Positions 26,355-35,368 of a DNA stretch of 50,125 bases are shown here, one piece after another. This DNA comes from Beijerinckiaceae bacterium (GTDB taxonomy: Bacteria; Pseudomonadota; Alphaproteobacteria; Rhizobiales; Beijerinckiaceae), in the NCBI GenBank assembly GCA_051648665.1, contig JBOFFO010000092.1, forward strand, positions 1 to 50,125, written 5' to 3'. Both the position numbers and the translations under genes were made by a program. Within the stretch, counting starts at the first letter, position 1, and every line of letters starts with the position of its first letter. Under the pieces are notes generated by a model. The model had not been told where the DNA came from. It searched no databases and worked only from the letters and a program-made list of their open reading frames with translations.

Positions 26355-27875
26355 TCAGCGATGGGCGCGGCTGTAGCCTTTGAATTGCGGCCGGATGCGG
26401 CCCTGGATTGCCTTGATCATCGGCCAGAGCGCGAGGATCAGACCCAAAGTCATGATGCTGCCAGACAGCCAGTTTGACCAGAAGACGCCGACATTGCCTT
26501 GCGAAACGAGCATGGCCTGCCGGAACGAGCTTTCGGCCTGATCGCCAAGCACGAGTGCGAGCACCAGTGGCGGCAGCGGATACCCCAGCTTCGAGAACAG
26601 ATAGCCCATCACACCGAACACAAGCATCATCCACACATCGAACATGGCATTGTTCACCGTGAATGCACCGATGGCACAAATCACAACAATGGCAGGCGCG
26701 ATGATTGAAAATGGCACACGCAAAATGGCCGCGAACAACGGCACGCAAGTGAGCACGAGGATGAGGCCGACGACGTTACCGATATACATTGATGCGATGA
26801 GGCCCCAGACGAAGTCCGGCTTTTCGACAAACAGGAGCGGTCCCGGTTGCAGGCCCCAGATCATCAGGCCGCCAAGCAGCACGGCGGCTGTGGGTGAGCC
26901 GGGAATGCCGAGCGTCAGCATCGGCAGCAGCGCGCTGGTGCCGGCGGCATGGGCCGCCGTTTCCGGCGCGACCACGCCTTCCAGCTCGCCCTTGCCAAAA
27001 TTTTCGCCATTCTTGGAAAAGCGCTTGGCAAGGCCGTAACCCATGAAGGATGCCGGCGTCGCGCCGCCCGGCGTTATGCCCATCCAGCATCCAACAATGC
27101 AGCTGCGGACAAAGGTCATGGTCATGGCCGGCAATTTCTTCCACGTCTCAATCACCGCATTGAGGCGCAGCTTTGCATGCGCGCCCTGGAATTTCAGGCC
27201 ATCTTCCATGGATGCGAGAATTTCACCAATGCCGAACAGGCCGATGACCGCCACAAGAAACTTAAAGCCATTCAGCAGTTCGTCCTGACCAAATGTCATG
27301 CGCAGGCTGCCGGTAACATTGTCGAGGCCGACCGATGCCAGCGCAAAGCCAAGGCACATGGATGCGAGTGTCTTGAACGGCGAACCACGGCCCATGCCGA
27401 TGAAGCTGGCAAAGGTCAGGAATTGAACGGCAAAAAATTCGGCTGGCCCGAACTTGAGCGCGAATTTCGCCACAACGGGAGCCAGAAACGTGATCATTGC
27501 CACAGCGACAATTGCGCCCACGAAAGACGAGGTGAACGCGCCAACCAGCGCTTCATCAGCCTTGCCATTCTGCGCCATGGGGTGCCCGTCGAACGTGGTC
27601 GCCACAGACCAGGGTTCGCCGGGGATATTGAACAGGATGGAGGTGATGGCACCGCCAAACAGCGCGCCCCAGTAAATGCAGGTCAAAAGGATGATCGCCG
27701 ATGTCGGCGGCATGGTGAAGGTCAGCGGCAACAAAATGGCGACGCCATTGGCGCCGCCGAGACCTGGGAGAACACCGATGATGATGCCGAGAACAATACC
27801 GATCACCATCAACAGGATATTGTAGGGGGAAATTGCGACCGCAAATCCGCCCATCAGGGCGCTGAGTTCTTCCAC
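26355..27875 (-). CDS. tctA: Tripartite tricarboxylate transporter large permease TctA
   Basis: GVLPGLG, GGAITSILFNIPG, FDGHPMA, APETAAHA, PMLTLGIPGS, GLQPGP; GTG start at 27875 with GGAG RBS. Confidence 0.92.
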   Translation of the reverse strand: MEELSALMGGFAVAISPYNILLMVIGIVLGIIIGVLPGLGGANGVAILLPLTFTMPPTSAIILLTCIYWGALFGGAITSILFNIPGEPWSVATTFDGHPMAQNGKADEALVGAFTSSFVGAIVAVAMITFLAPVVAKFALKFGPAEFFAVQFLTFASFIGMGRGSPFKTLASMCLGFALASVGLDNVTGSLRMTFGQDELLNGFKFLVAVIGLFGIGEILASMEDGLKFQGAHAKLRLNAVIETWKKLPAMTMTFVRSCIVGCWMGITPGGATPASFMGYGLAKRFSKNGENFGKGELEGVVAPETAAHAAGTSALLPMLTLGIPGSPTAAVLLGGLMIWGLQPGPLLFVEKPDFVWGLIASMYIGNVVGLILVLTCVPLFAAILRVPFSIIAPAIVVICAIGAFTVNNAMFDVWMMLVFGVMGYLFSKLGYPLPPLVLALVLGDQAESSFRQAMLVSQGNVGVFWSNWLSGSIMTLGLILALWPMIKAIQGRIRPQFKGYSRAHR

Positions 27876-27989
27876 CGGCGGTTCTCCCAAACCTGTGTTG
27901 TCATGCTTTTCGTTGTTATTCTTGCGGTCCTGCTGACTTTGATCAGTCCGCTTGATGAACCGAGACATACAGCTAATCAAAACTTCATC

Positions 27990-28006
27990 TGGTATGCAAT
28001 ATGCCT
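27990..28006. promoter_or_regulatory. 17-bp operator copy in the tctA/gntR divergent promoter (tctA side)
   Basis: tggtatgcaatatgcct. Confidence 0.6.
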
Positions 28007-28068
28007 TTTTATGGTGCGTTGCAGCATAAAATGCAGCAGAAAACCCCTCTTGCGCGGTGTTTCAGGAG

Positions 28069-28085
28069 TGGCGTATGGTATGCCA
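28069..28085. promoter_or_regulatory. 17-bp operator copy upstream of the gntR-oxc-frc operon
   Basis: tggcgtatggtatgcca, near-perfect dyad TGGCRTA-N3-TAYGCCA. Confidence 0.65.
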
Positions 28086-28129
28086 AGAACCAGCGCCTTT
28101 CGCGCGCATGAGATGGACTTGGTTTGAGA

Positions 28130-28816
28130 ATGCCCGGCGCCCGCTTGCAGATCAGGCCTATCGAAGAGGCTCCCAGCCTCAAGACGCGCACCTATGAAGC
28201 GCTGAAGGCGGCGATCAACGCCATGAATATTTATGCCGAAGGGGCGGAGCTGCGGCTCGATGAGCGCGCATTGTCGCTGCAATTCGGCGTAAGCCGCACG
28301 CCGCTGCGGGAAGCTGTTGCCCAGCTTGAACAGGAAGGGCTTGTGGCGGTTGCGCCGCGCAGGGGCATTTTTATCGTTCGTAAGACGAAAGCCGAAATTC
28401 TGGAAATGATCACGGTCTGGGCCGCGCTGGAAAGCATGGCCGCGCGGCTCGTGACGGAGGTTGCGACTGACGAGGAAATCGCGTCCCTGCACACGCTTGT
28501 GGATGATTTTGCGGCCAGCGCCATCGCAGCCAAAATGGGCGAGTATTCCGACGCCAATATCAAGTTTCACGGCACAATCATCGCGCTGTCCCGCTGCCAG
28601 AAGCTTGTTGAGATCACCAATGGGCTGTTTATGCATGTGCGCGCCATCCGCCATCGCGCGATCTTTGAAAAGGATCGCGCAAAGCGGTCCGTCGCCGACC
28701 ACAAGGAAATTGTCGAAGCGCTGGAAACCCGTCACGCCGAGCGTGCCGAGCGGCTTGTGCGCGAACATACACTCCGCCTGCGCGATCACGTCGCGCAACA
28801 TGTATCCATCGATTAA
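28130..28816 (+). CDS. GntR-family (FCD/FadR-type) transcriptional regulator of the oxalate cluster
   Basis: RLDERALSLQFGVSRTPLREA HTH; FCD domain (NIKFH, SVADHKEIVEAL, REHT). Confidence 0.92.
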   Translation: MPGARLQIRPIEEAPSLKTRTYEALKAAINAMNIYAEGAELRLDERALSLQFGVSRTPLREAVAQLEQEGLVAVAPRRGIFIVRKTKAEILEMITVWAALESMAARLVTEVATDEEIASLHTLVDDFAASAIAAKMGEYSDANIKFHGTIIALSRCQKLVEITNGLFMHVRAIRHRAIFEKDRAKRSVADHKEIVEALETRHAERAERLVREHTLRLRDHVAQHVSID

Positions 28817-28855
28817 GCCGCGATTGCGAACGGCAAGCATAAACGGGAGTTCGCC

Positions 28856-30562
28856 ATGTCCACCGAAACCGAACGCGAATTGACTGACGGGTTTCATCTT
28901 GTCATCGATGCGCTCAAGCTCAATGGCGTGAAAACCATTTACAATGTGCCTGGCATTCCGATCACGGACTTGGGGCGCATGGCGCAGGCGGCGGGCTTGC
29001 GCGTCATTTCCTTCCGGCATGAGCAGCATGCGGGCAATGCGGCGGCTATTGCCGGCTTTCTCACAAAACAGCCGGGCATCTGCCTGACTGTGTCTGCGCC
29101 GGGCTTTCTCAATGGCCTGACTGCGCTTGCGAATGCGACCACAAACTGCTTCCCGATGATTCTCATCTCAGGCTCCTCCGAGCGCGAGATTGTCGATCTT
29201 CAGCAGGGCGATTACGAGGAGATGGATCAGCTCGCGATTGCCAAGCCCTTGTGCAAAGCAGCGTTCCGCGTGCTGCATGCAGCCGATATTGGCATTGGCG
29301 TGGCGCGGGCGATTCGCGCCGCTGTCTCGGGCCGTCCTGGCGGCGTCTATCTCGATCTCCCGGCGAAACTGTTCTCGCAGGTTATGGATGCGGAAGCAGG
29401 CCAGAAATCCCTCGTAAAGGTCATTGATGCGGCTCCTGCACAAATTCCGGCGCCGGATGCGGTGAAGCGCGCGCTTGAGGTGCTGAAAGCCGCGAAACGG
29501 CCGCTCATTATTTTGGGAAAGGGCGCTGCCTATGCGCAAGCCGATGACGCGATTCGACAATTTGTTGAAAAAAGCGGCGCGCCGTTCCTGCCGATGAGCA
29601 TGGCCAAGGGCCTTTTGCCGGATACGCATCCGCAATCAGCCGGTGCAGCACGCTCAACCGTGTTGAAAGATGCTGATGTTGTCATGCTGATCGGCGCTCG
29701 GCTGAACTGGCTGTTATCGCACGGCAAGGGCAAAACGTGGGGTGATGCGCCGAAGAAATTCATTCAGATTGACATTGAGCCGAAGGAGATGGACTCCAAC
29801 GTCGAGATTGTCGCACCAGTTGTTGGCGATATTGGCTCCTGCGTGCAGGCCTTGCTGGCCGGCATGGGAGGCAACTGGACGTCGCCGCCGGCGGACTGGA
29901 CAAATGCCGTCAACAGCAAGCGTGAAGAAAATATCGCCAAGATGGCGCCGCGTTTGATGAATAACAAGTCGCCGATGGATTTCCACGGCGCGCTGGGTGC
30001 ATTACGTCAGGTGATCAAGGAGCGGCCTGACGCTATTCTCGTGAATGAGGGCGCCAATACGCTCGATCTCGCTCGCGGTGTCATCGATATGTACAAGCCG
30101 CGCAAACGGCTCGATGTCGGTACATGGGGCGTGATGGGCATTGGCATGGGCTTTGCCATCGCGGCCGCCATTGAAACCGGCAAGCCTGTGCTGGCTGTGG
30201 AAGGCGACAGCGCGTTCGGATTTTCCGGCATGGAGGTCGAGACGATCTGCCGCTATAATTTGCCGGTGTGTGTTGTCGTGTTCAACAATAACGGGATTTA
30301 TCGCGGCACGGACGTTAACGCGGCGGGTGATGATCCAGCCACGACTGTATTCGTCAAAGATTCGCGGTACGACAAGATGATGGAAGCGTTTGGCGGCGTC
30401 GGCGTAAACGCGACATCGCCGGATGAGCTGAAAAGAGCCGTGGATGCGGCCATGGATTCCGGCAAGCCCACCCTCATCAATGCTGTGATCGACCCGGCGG
30501 CAGGCAGTGAATCTGGCCGGATCGGCAATCTCAATCCACAAAGCATGCTGAAAAAGAAATAA
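28856..30562 (+). CDS. oxc: Oxalyl-CoA decarboxylase
   Basis: [66 protein letters not shown]...NNNG (TPP), GSESG. Confidence 0.97.
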   Translation: MSTETERELTDGFHLVIDALKLNGVKTIYNVPGIPITDLGRMAQAAGLRVISFRHEQHAGNAAAIAGFLTKQPGICLTVSAPGFLNGLTALANATTNCFPMILISGSSEREIVDLQQGDYEEMDQLAIAKPLCKAAFRVLHAADIGIGVARAIRAAVSGRPGGVYLDLPAKLFSQVMDAEAGQKSLVKVIDAAPAQIPAPDAVKRALEVLKAAKRPLIILGKGAAYAQADDAIRQFVEKSGAPFLPMSMAKGLLPDTHPQSAGAARSTVLKDADVVMLIGARLNWLLSHGKGKTWGDAPKKFIQIDIEPKEMDSNVEIVAPVVGDIGSCVQALLAGMGGNWTSPPADWTNAVNSKREENIAKMAPRLMNNKSPMDFHGALGALRQVIKERPDAILVNEGANTLDLARGVIDMYKPRKRLDVGTWGVMGIGMGFAIAAAIETGKPVLAVEGDSAFGFSGMEVETICRYNLPVCVVVFNNNGIYRGTDVNAAGDDPATTVFVKDSRYDKMMEAFGGVGVNATSPDELKRAVDAAMDSGKPTLINAVIDPAAGSESGRIGNLNPQSMLKKK

Positions 30563-30573
30563 GGAGCAGGACG

Positions 30574-31851
30574 ATGAAAGCCCTTGCAGGTGTCAAGATT
30601 CTTGATTTCACCCATGTGCAGTCCGGCCCGACGTGCACGCAGCTCCTCGCCTGGTTCGGCGCAGATTGCATTAAGGTCGAGCGTCCTGGTTCCGGAGACA
30701 TCACACGCGGGCAGTTGCAGGATGTGCCGAATGCGGACAGCCTGTATTTCACAATGCTGAATCACAACAAGCGGTCGATTACGCTAGATACGAAAAATAA
30801 GAAGGGCCTTGAGGTTCTCGAACGTCTGATCAAGACATGTGATGTGCTGGTGGAAAATTTTGCACCTGGTGTGCTGGATCGGATGGGCTTCACTTGGGAG
30901 CGCATTCAGGAACTCAATCCGCGTATGATCTATGCCTCGGTCAAAGGGTTTGGTCCTGGCCCGTATGAAGATTGTAAGGTTTATGAAAACGTTGCGCAGT
31001 GTACCGGCGGCTCTGCCTCGACAACGGGCTTTCGTGATGGCCCGCCCCTCGTAACGGGCGCACAAATCGGCGATTCCGGCACCGGACTTCATCTGGCGCT
31101 TGGCATCGTTACTGCGCTTTATCACCGCACGCATTCCGGCAAGGGGCAACGCGTGGTTTGCGCCATGCAGGATGGCGTGCTCAATCTGGCGCGCGTGAAG
31201 TTGCGCGATCAGCAGCGGCTCGCGCACGGGCCGCTAAAAGAATATAGCCAGTTTGGCGAAGGCATTCCCTTCGGCGAAGCGACGCCGCGCGCAGGCAACG
31301 ATTCTGGCGGTGGTCAGCCTGGCCGCATCCTGAAGTGCAAGGGCTGGCAGAACGACCCGAACGCTTACATTTATTTCATTACGCAAGCGCCGGTTTGGGA
31401 AGCCATCTGCGACGTGATTGGCGAGCCGGAATGGAAAACGCATCCAGATTACGCCAAGCCGGGCGCACGGTTGCCGCGTCTGAATGAAATCTTTGGCCGA
31501 ATCGAACAGTGGACGATGACAAAGACCAAGTTCGAAGCCATGGATATTCTGAATCAGTACGATATTCCGTGCGGGCCGATCCTTTCCATGAAAGAGCTGG
31601 CGGAAGATCAATCGCTGCGCGCAACGGGCACGATTGTTGAGGTCGATCATCCCACCCGTGGAAAATATCTTTCGGTGGGCAATCCGATCAAGCTGTCGGA
31701 CTCGCCCGCTGAGGTCAAACGTTCGCCGCTTCTGGGCGAGCATACGGACGAGATTCTGTCGTCGGTGCTTGGTTATTCGGCGGCTGAGATCGAAGCCATC
31801 AAGGCATCCGGTGCGACCGAGCCGCCGCCGAAAAAAGCGGCTGCGGAATAA
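30574..31851 (+). CDS. frc: Formyl-CoA:oxalate CoA-transferase
   Basis: [42 protein letters not shown] (catalytic Asp), [10 protein letters not shown] glycine loop. Confidence 0.97.
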   Translation: MKALAGVKILDFTHVQSGPTCTQLLAWFGADCIKVERPGSGDITRGQLQDVPNADSLYFTMLNHNKRSITLDTKNKKGLEVLERLIKTCDVLVENFAPGVLDRMGFTWERIQELNPRMIYASVKGFGPGPYEDCKVYENVAQCTGGSASTTGFRDGPPLVTGAQIGDSGTGLHLALGIVTALYHRTHSGKGQRVVCAMQDGVLNLARVKLRDQQRLAHGPLKEYSQFGEGIPFGEATPRAGNDSGGGQPGRILKCKGWQNDPNAYIYFITQAPVWEAICDVIGEPEWKTHPDYAKPGARLPRLNEIFGRIEQWTMTKTKFEAMDILNQYDIPCGPILSMKELAEDQSLRATGTIVEVDHPTRGKYLSVGNPIKLSDSPAEVKRSPLLGEHTDEILSSVLGYSAAEIEAIKASGATEPPPKKAAAE

Positions 31852-31922
31852 GATCGCCATAGGTTTAAGGAGGGCGGACAAACGCCGCCTTCATCCCCGT
31901 CTCGTTTCCAGAGGATAATCGC

Positions 31923-32855
31923 ATGCGGATCGTGGTTCATGGACAAGAAGCTTTCGGCAAGGCTGTGCTTGAAAAGCTCTTGGCGCGCGGCGAAAATGTC
32001 GTTGGCGTCTTCTGTGCTCCGGACAAGGAAGGCCGCCCTCAGGATCCTTTGAAGCTGTATGCACTTGAAAAAAATATTCCTGTCCATCAACCCAAAAGCT
32101 GGAAGACGCCGGAAGCGCTGGATCTGATGAAGTCTTTCAATCCGGATGTCTGCATGATGGCGTATGTAACGTTGTTTGTACCACAACCTGTTATTGATGC
32201 GCCGAAATACAACACTTTCCAGTATCATCCGTCACTGTTGCCGATGCATCGTGGCCCTTCGTCCATTAATTGGCCGATTGCCATGGGAGCCAAGAAGACT
32301 GGATTGACAATTTTCTGGCCGGATGAGGGCCTTGATGAGGGGCCGATCCTTTTGCAGAAAGAAGTCGAGATAGGGCCTGACGAGACTTTGGGCGACGTGT
32401 ACTTTAAAAAGCTGTTTCCCATCGGCGTTGATGCAATGATCGAATCGCTCGATCTCGTGCGTAGCGGAAAAGCGCCCAAGATCGTTCAGGATTTGTCGAA
32501 AGGCTCATATGAGAGCTGGTTCCGCAAGGATGCCGCAGGCATCGACTGGTCGAAGAGCGCGGCGGATATTTATAACTTGATCCGTGCCGCGAATCCGCAA
32601 CCCGGGGCATGGGCATTGTTCAACGGCACGGAAGTGCAGTTCTTTGACTCGGTGCGTCGTGATGGGGCAGGCGTAAGCGGCACCATCAGCGCTATCGATG
32701 CCGATGGCGTGACGGTTGCGGGTAATGATGGAAGCATTTTGCTGAAGCGCGTCAAAGCAGCCGGAGGGCAAAAGGTTGCAGCGCAGGAATGGGCTGCTTC
32801 GGCCGGCGCCAAGGTCGGTGACCGCTTCGAAAATGCGCCGAAAAAACAAACATAA
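31923..32855 (+). CDS. Formyltransferase-fold protein (Fmt-like; most similar by motif to the ALDH1L1 10-formyl-THF hydrolase/transfer domain)
   Basis: MRIVVHGQEAFG, VVGVFCAPDKEG, QYHPSLLPMHRGPSSINW, GLTIFWPDEGLDEGPILLQ, IDW...IYNLIRAANPQPGAW. Confidence 0.85.
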   Translation: MRIVVHGQEAFGKAVLEKLLARGENVVGVFCAPDKEGRPQDPLKLYALEKNIPVHQPKSWKTPEALDLMKSFNPDVCMMAYVTLFVPQPVIDAPKYNTFQYHPSLLPMHRGPSSINWPIAMGAKKTGLTIFWPDEGLDEGPILLQKEVEIGPDETLGDVYFKKLFPIGVDAMIESLDLVRSGKAPKIVQDLSKGSYESWFRKDAAGIDWSKSAADIYNLIRAANPQPGAWALFNGTEVQFFDSVRRDGAGVSGTISAIDADGVTVAGNDGSILLKRVKAAGGQKVAAQEWAASAGAKVGDRFENAPKKQT

Positions 32856-32897
32856 GTGTTGCGCTAAAGAATACAGCAAGATTGGGAAGGGAATGTC

Positions 32898-34577
32898 ATG
32901 AGCGTTAAATCGGATATCGAGATTGCCCGCGAAGCAAAAATGAAACCAATCGCCGAGGTTGGGAAGAAGATTGGTATTCCGGCAGATGCGCTGTTGAATT
33001 ATGGCCCGACGAAGGCCAAGGTGTCATTTGATTTCATCGAGGCACAGAGGAAAAACAAGAATGGCAAGCTCATTCTTGTGACGGCGATCAATCCAACGCC
33101 AGCGGGTGAAGGAAAGACAACGACTACTGTTGGCCTGGGCGATGGTCTTAACCGCATTGGCAAAAAAGCGATGAGCTGCCTGCGTGAACCTTCGCTTGGC
33201 CCATGTTTCGGCGTCAAAGGCGGGGCGGCTGGCGGCGGCTATGCGCAGGTCGTGCCGATGGAAGATATCAATCTGCATTTCACGGGTGATTTTCACGCCA
33301 TCACTTCGGCGCACAACCTGTTGTCTGCACTTTTGGATAACCACATCTATTGGGGCAATGCGCTTGGCATTGACCAACGCCGTGTGGGTTGGCGCCGGGT
33401 TATGGATATGAATGACCGTGCGCTGCGCTCAATTGTCAATTCACTCGGCGGCACAGCCAATGGTTTTCCGCGCGAAGATGGTTTCGACATTACTGTCGCA
33501 TCGGAAGTGATGGCGATTTTTTGTCTCGCGACGGACTTGAAGGATCTGGAACGTCGTATCGGCAACATCGTCGTCGCTTATACCCGCGATAAAAAGCCCA
33601 TTCATGCGCGCGATCTGAAGGGCGACGGCGCGATGACCGTGCTGCTCAAGGACGCCTTGATGCCAAATCTGGTGCAGACACTGGAGAACAATCCAGTCTT
33701 CATCCACGGTGGCCCGTTCGCGAATATCGCTCACGGCTGCAACTCTGTTCTCGCGACCACAACGGCTCTAAAGTTGTGTGACTATGTGGTGACCGAAGCG
33801 GGATTTGGCGCTGATCTTGGCGCTGAGAAATTCTTTGATATCAAATGCCGCAAAGCAGGCCTGACACCTTCGGCTACTGTGATCGTTGCGACGATCCGCG
33901 CGCTGAAAATGCATGGTGGTGTCGCCAAGGATGGATTGAAGGAAGAGAATGTCGCCGCTGTTGCCAAGGGCTGCGATAACCTCAAGCGTCATATCGAGAA
34001 TGTGCGGAAATTTGGCGTATCGCCGGTGGTGGCCATCAACAAATTCATCACGGATACGGATGCAGAGATCGCTGCCGTCAAGAAAGCTGCCGAGGAGATG
34101 GGTGCGAAGGCTTTCCTTTGCACGCACTGGGCCGATGGCGGTGCTGGCATCGAAGATCTGGCGCGCCATGTGGTGGACTTGTGCGACAAGAATGACGATG
34201 CGCAGTTCAAGCCGCTCTATCCCGACAGCATGACGCTGCGCGACAAGGTTAAGTCAATCGCGACAGAAATCTATCGGGCTTCCGATATTTCCTGTGACGC
34301 CTCGGTTGAAGCGCGATTCAAGGAACTTCAGGATGCTGGGTATGGCCATTTCCCGGTCTGCATGGCCAAGACGCAGTATTCATTCTCGACCAATCCTAAT
34401 GCCCGCGGTGCGCCGACAGGTCATGTCGTTCCCGTGCGTGAGTTGCGGCTTTCTGCCGGCGCGGAATTTATTGTCGTTGTGACCGGCGACATTATGACCA
34501 TGCCGGGTCTTCCCAAGGTTCCATCAGCCGATGTCATTCGCCTCAATGCGCAGGGGCAGATTGAAGGCCTGTTCTAG
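32898..34577 (+). CDS. fhs: Formate--tetrahydrofolate ligase (FtfL/Fhs)
   Basis: [82 protein letters not shown]. Confidence 0.97.
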   Translation: MSVKSDIEIAREAKMKPIAEVGKKIGIPADALLNYGPTKAKVSFDFIEAQRKNKNGKLILVTAINPTPAGEGKTTTTVGLGDGLNRIGKKAMSCLREPSLGPCFGVKGGAAGGGYAQVVPMEDINLHFTGDFHAITSAHNLLSALLDNHIYWGNALGIDQRRVGWRRVMDMNDRALRSIVNSLGGTANGFPREDGFDITVASEVMAIFCLATDLKDLERRIGNIVVAYTRDKKPIHARDLKGDGAMTVLLKDALMPNLVQTLENNPVFIHGGPFANIAHGCNSVLATTTALKLCDYVVTEAGFGADLGAEKFFDIKCRKAGLTPSATVIVATIRALKMHGGVAKDGLKEENVAAVAKGCDNLKRHIENVRKFGVSPVVAINKFITDTDAEIAAVKKAAEEMGAKAFLCTHWADGGAGIEDLARHVVDLCDKNDDAQFKPLYPDSMTLRDKVKSIATEIYRASDISCDASVEARFKELQDAGYGHFPVCMAKTQYSFSTNPNARGAPTGHVVPVRELRLSAGAEFIVVVTGDIMTMPGLPKVPSADVIRLNAQGQIEGLF

Positions 34578-34604
34578 GCCAAGCAAAAGCGCACAGGACA
34601 TATT

Positions 34605-34631
34605 ACGCCGGCCTTTTGGCCGGCGTTTTTT
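34605..34631 (+). terminator. Rho-independent terminator of the gntR-oxc-frc-fmt-fhs operon
   Basis: acgccggcc-tttt-ggccggcgt followed by a T-run. Confidence 0.8.
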
Positions 34632-35358
34632 ATGCTTCGGGATGTGCAGAATTCCATGCCGCCGCATAGGTTTCACAGAAGGTATCAAGCGCAGCACGAT
34701 CGAGCACGCCGCCAGGATTGGCGCGCGTTGGTCCGCAAGCCTGAAAAGGCACATATCTTTGATGCGCCTTGCGCCACAAGCGGCGCATTTCGTTCAGGGG
34801 ATCGGCGTGATCATCCACGCGCATATCGATGACGGGAAAGACGTCGGCATCCCAGATGCGGAGGGCCGCAGATTGTTTGCCGCGCTTGTCGCCTCCAGCC
34901 CGCTCGCCGGCTTCCAGCGACAGAAGCAGGCGATCATCAAAATCAAGAGCGGGATTATCGAGATAGCATGCCAGTGTATCGGCAATAACGCGCTCATTGG
35001 CGAGCATATTACCGGCCACTGACACATTGGCTGCACGTACAGCGCCACACCAGGGAACGCAGGCTTCGCCGGTAAAAGCTGCGATATTGCCGTCTCGATC
35101 CAGAATATGAGCCTGACGCAGGGCCGCTCCAGGGTCGGCTGCGACAACAATATTCAGCGTTTCCTGCGCGGTGCGCCCTTCCTGAAGTAATCGAAGCCCA
35201 TCAACGCCAATCAGGGGATTCACGAAGGATTGTGTGGCGACAACACCAATATTTCCGCATCCGAATGGCACCCGTGCTCCCACAGCGAAGGCACAGGTTG
35301 AAACAGCAATGCCGAAGCGGCCGGACGCTTTATCGCGCGCGAGAATGGACCATGTCAT
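34630..35358 (-). CDS. DUF1028 family protein (Ntn-hydrolase fold)
   Basis: MTWSILARD (Thr2 nucleophile position), FAVGARVP, VATQ, FTG, AGNML, AGGDKRGKQSAAL, DMRVDDH. Confidence 0.85.
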   Translation of the reverse strand: MTWSILARDKASGRFGIAVSTCAFAVGARVPFGCGNIGVVATQSFVNPLIGVDGLRLLQEGRTAQETLNIVVAADPGAALRQAHILDRDGNIAAFTGEACVPWCGAVRAANVSVAGNMLANERVIADTLACYLDNPALDFDDRLLLSLEAGERAGGDKRGKQSAALRIWDADVFPVIDMRVDDHADPLNEMRRLWRKAHQRYVPFQACGPTRANPGGVLDRAALDTFCETYAAAWNSAHPEA

Positions 35359-35368
35359 GGCGTTTCCT

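Noticed and set aside
26293-26748. N-terminal extension of the 492-aa tctC ORF
   Set aside because: Overlaps tctA in another frame; a GGAGG RBS and signal peptide mark the true start at 26292
31923-32855. Call as housekeeping methionyl-tRNA formyltransferase (fmt)
   Set aside because: No def neighbour, lacks the GTPxFA N-terminal motif of Fmt, motifs are ALDH1L1-like, and it sits inside a catabolic operon
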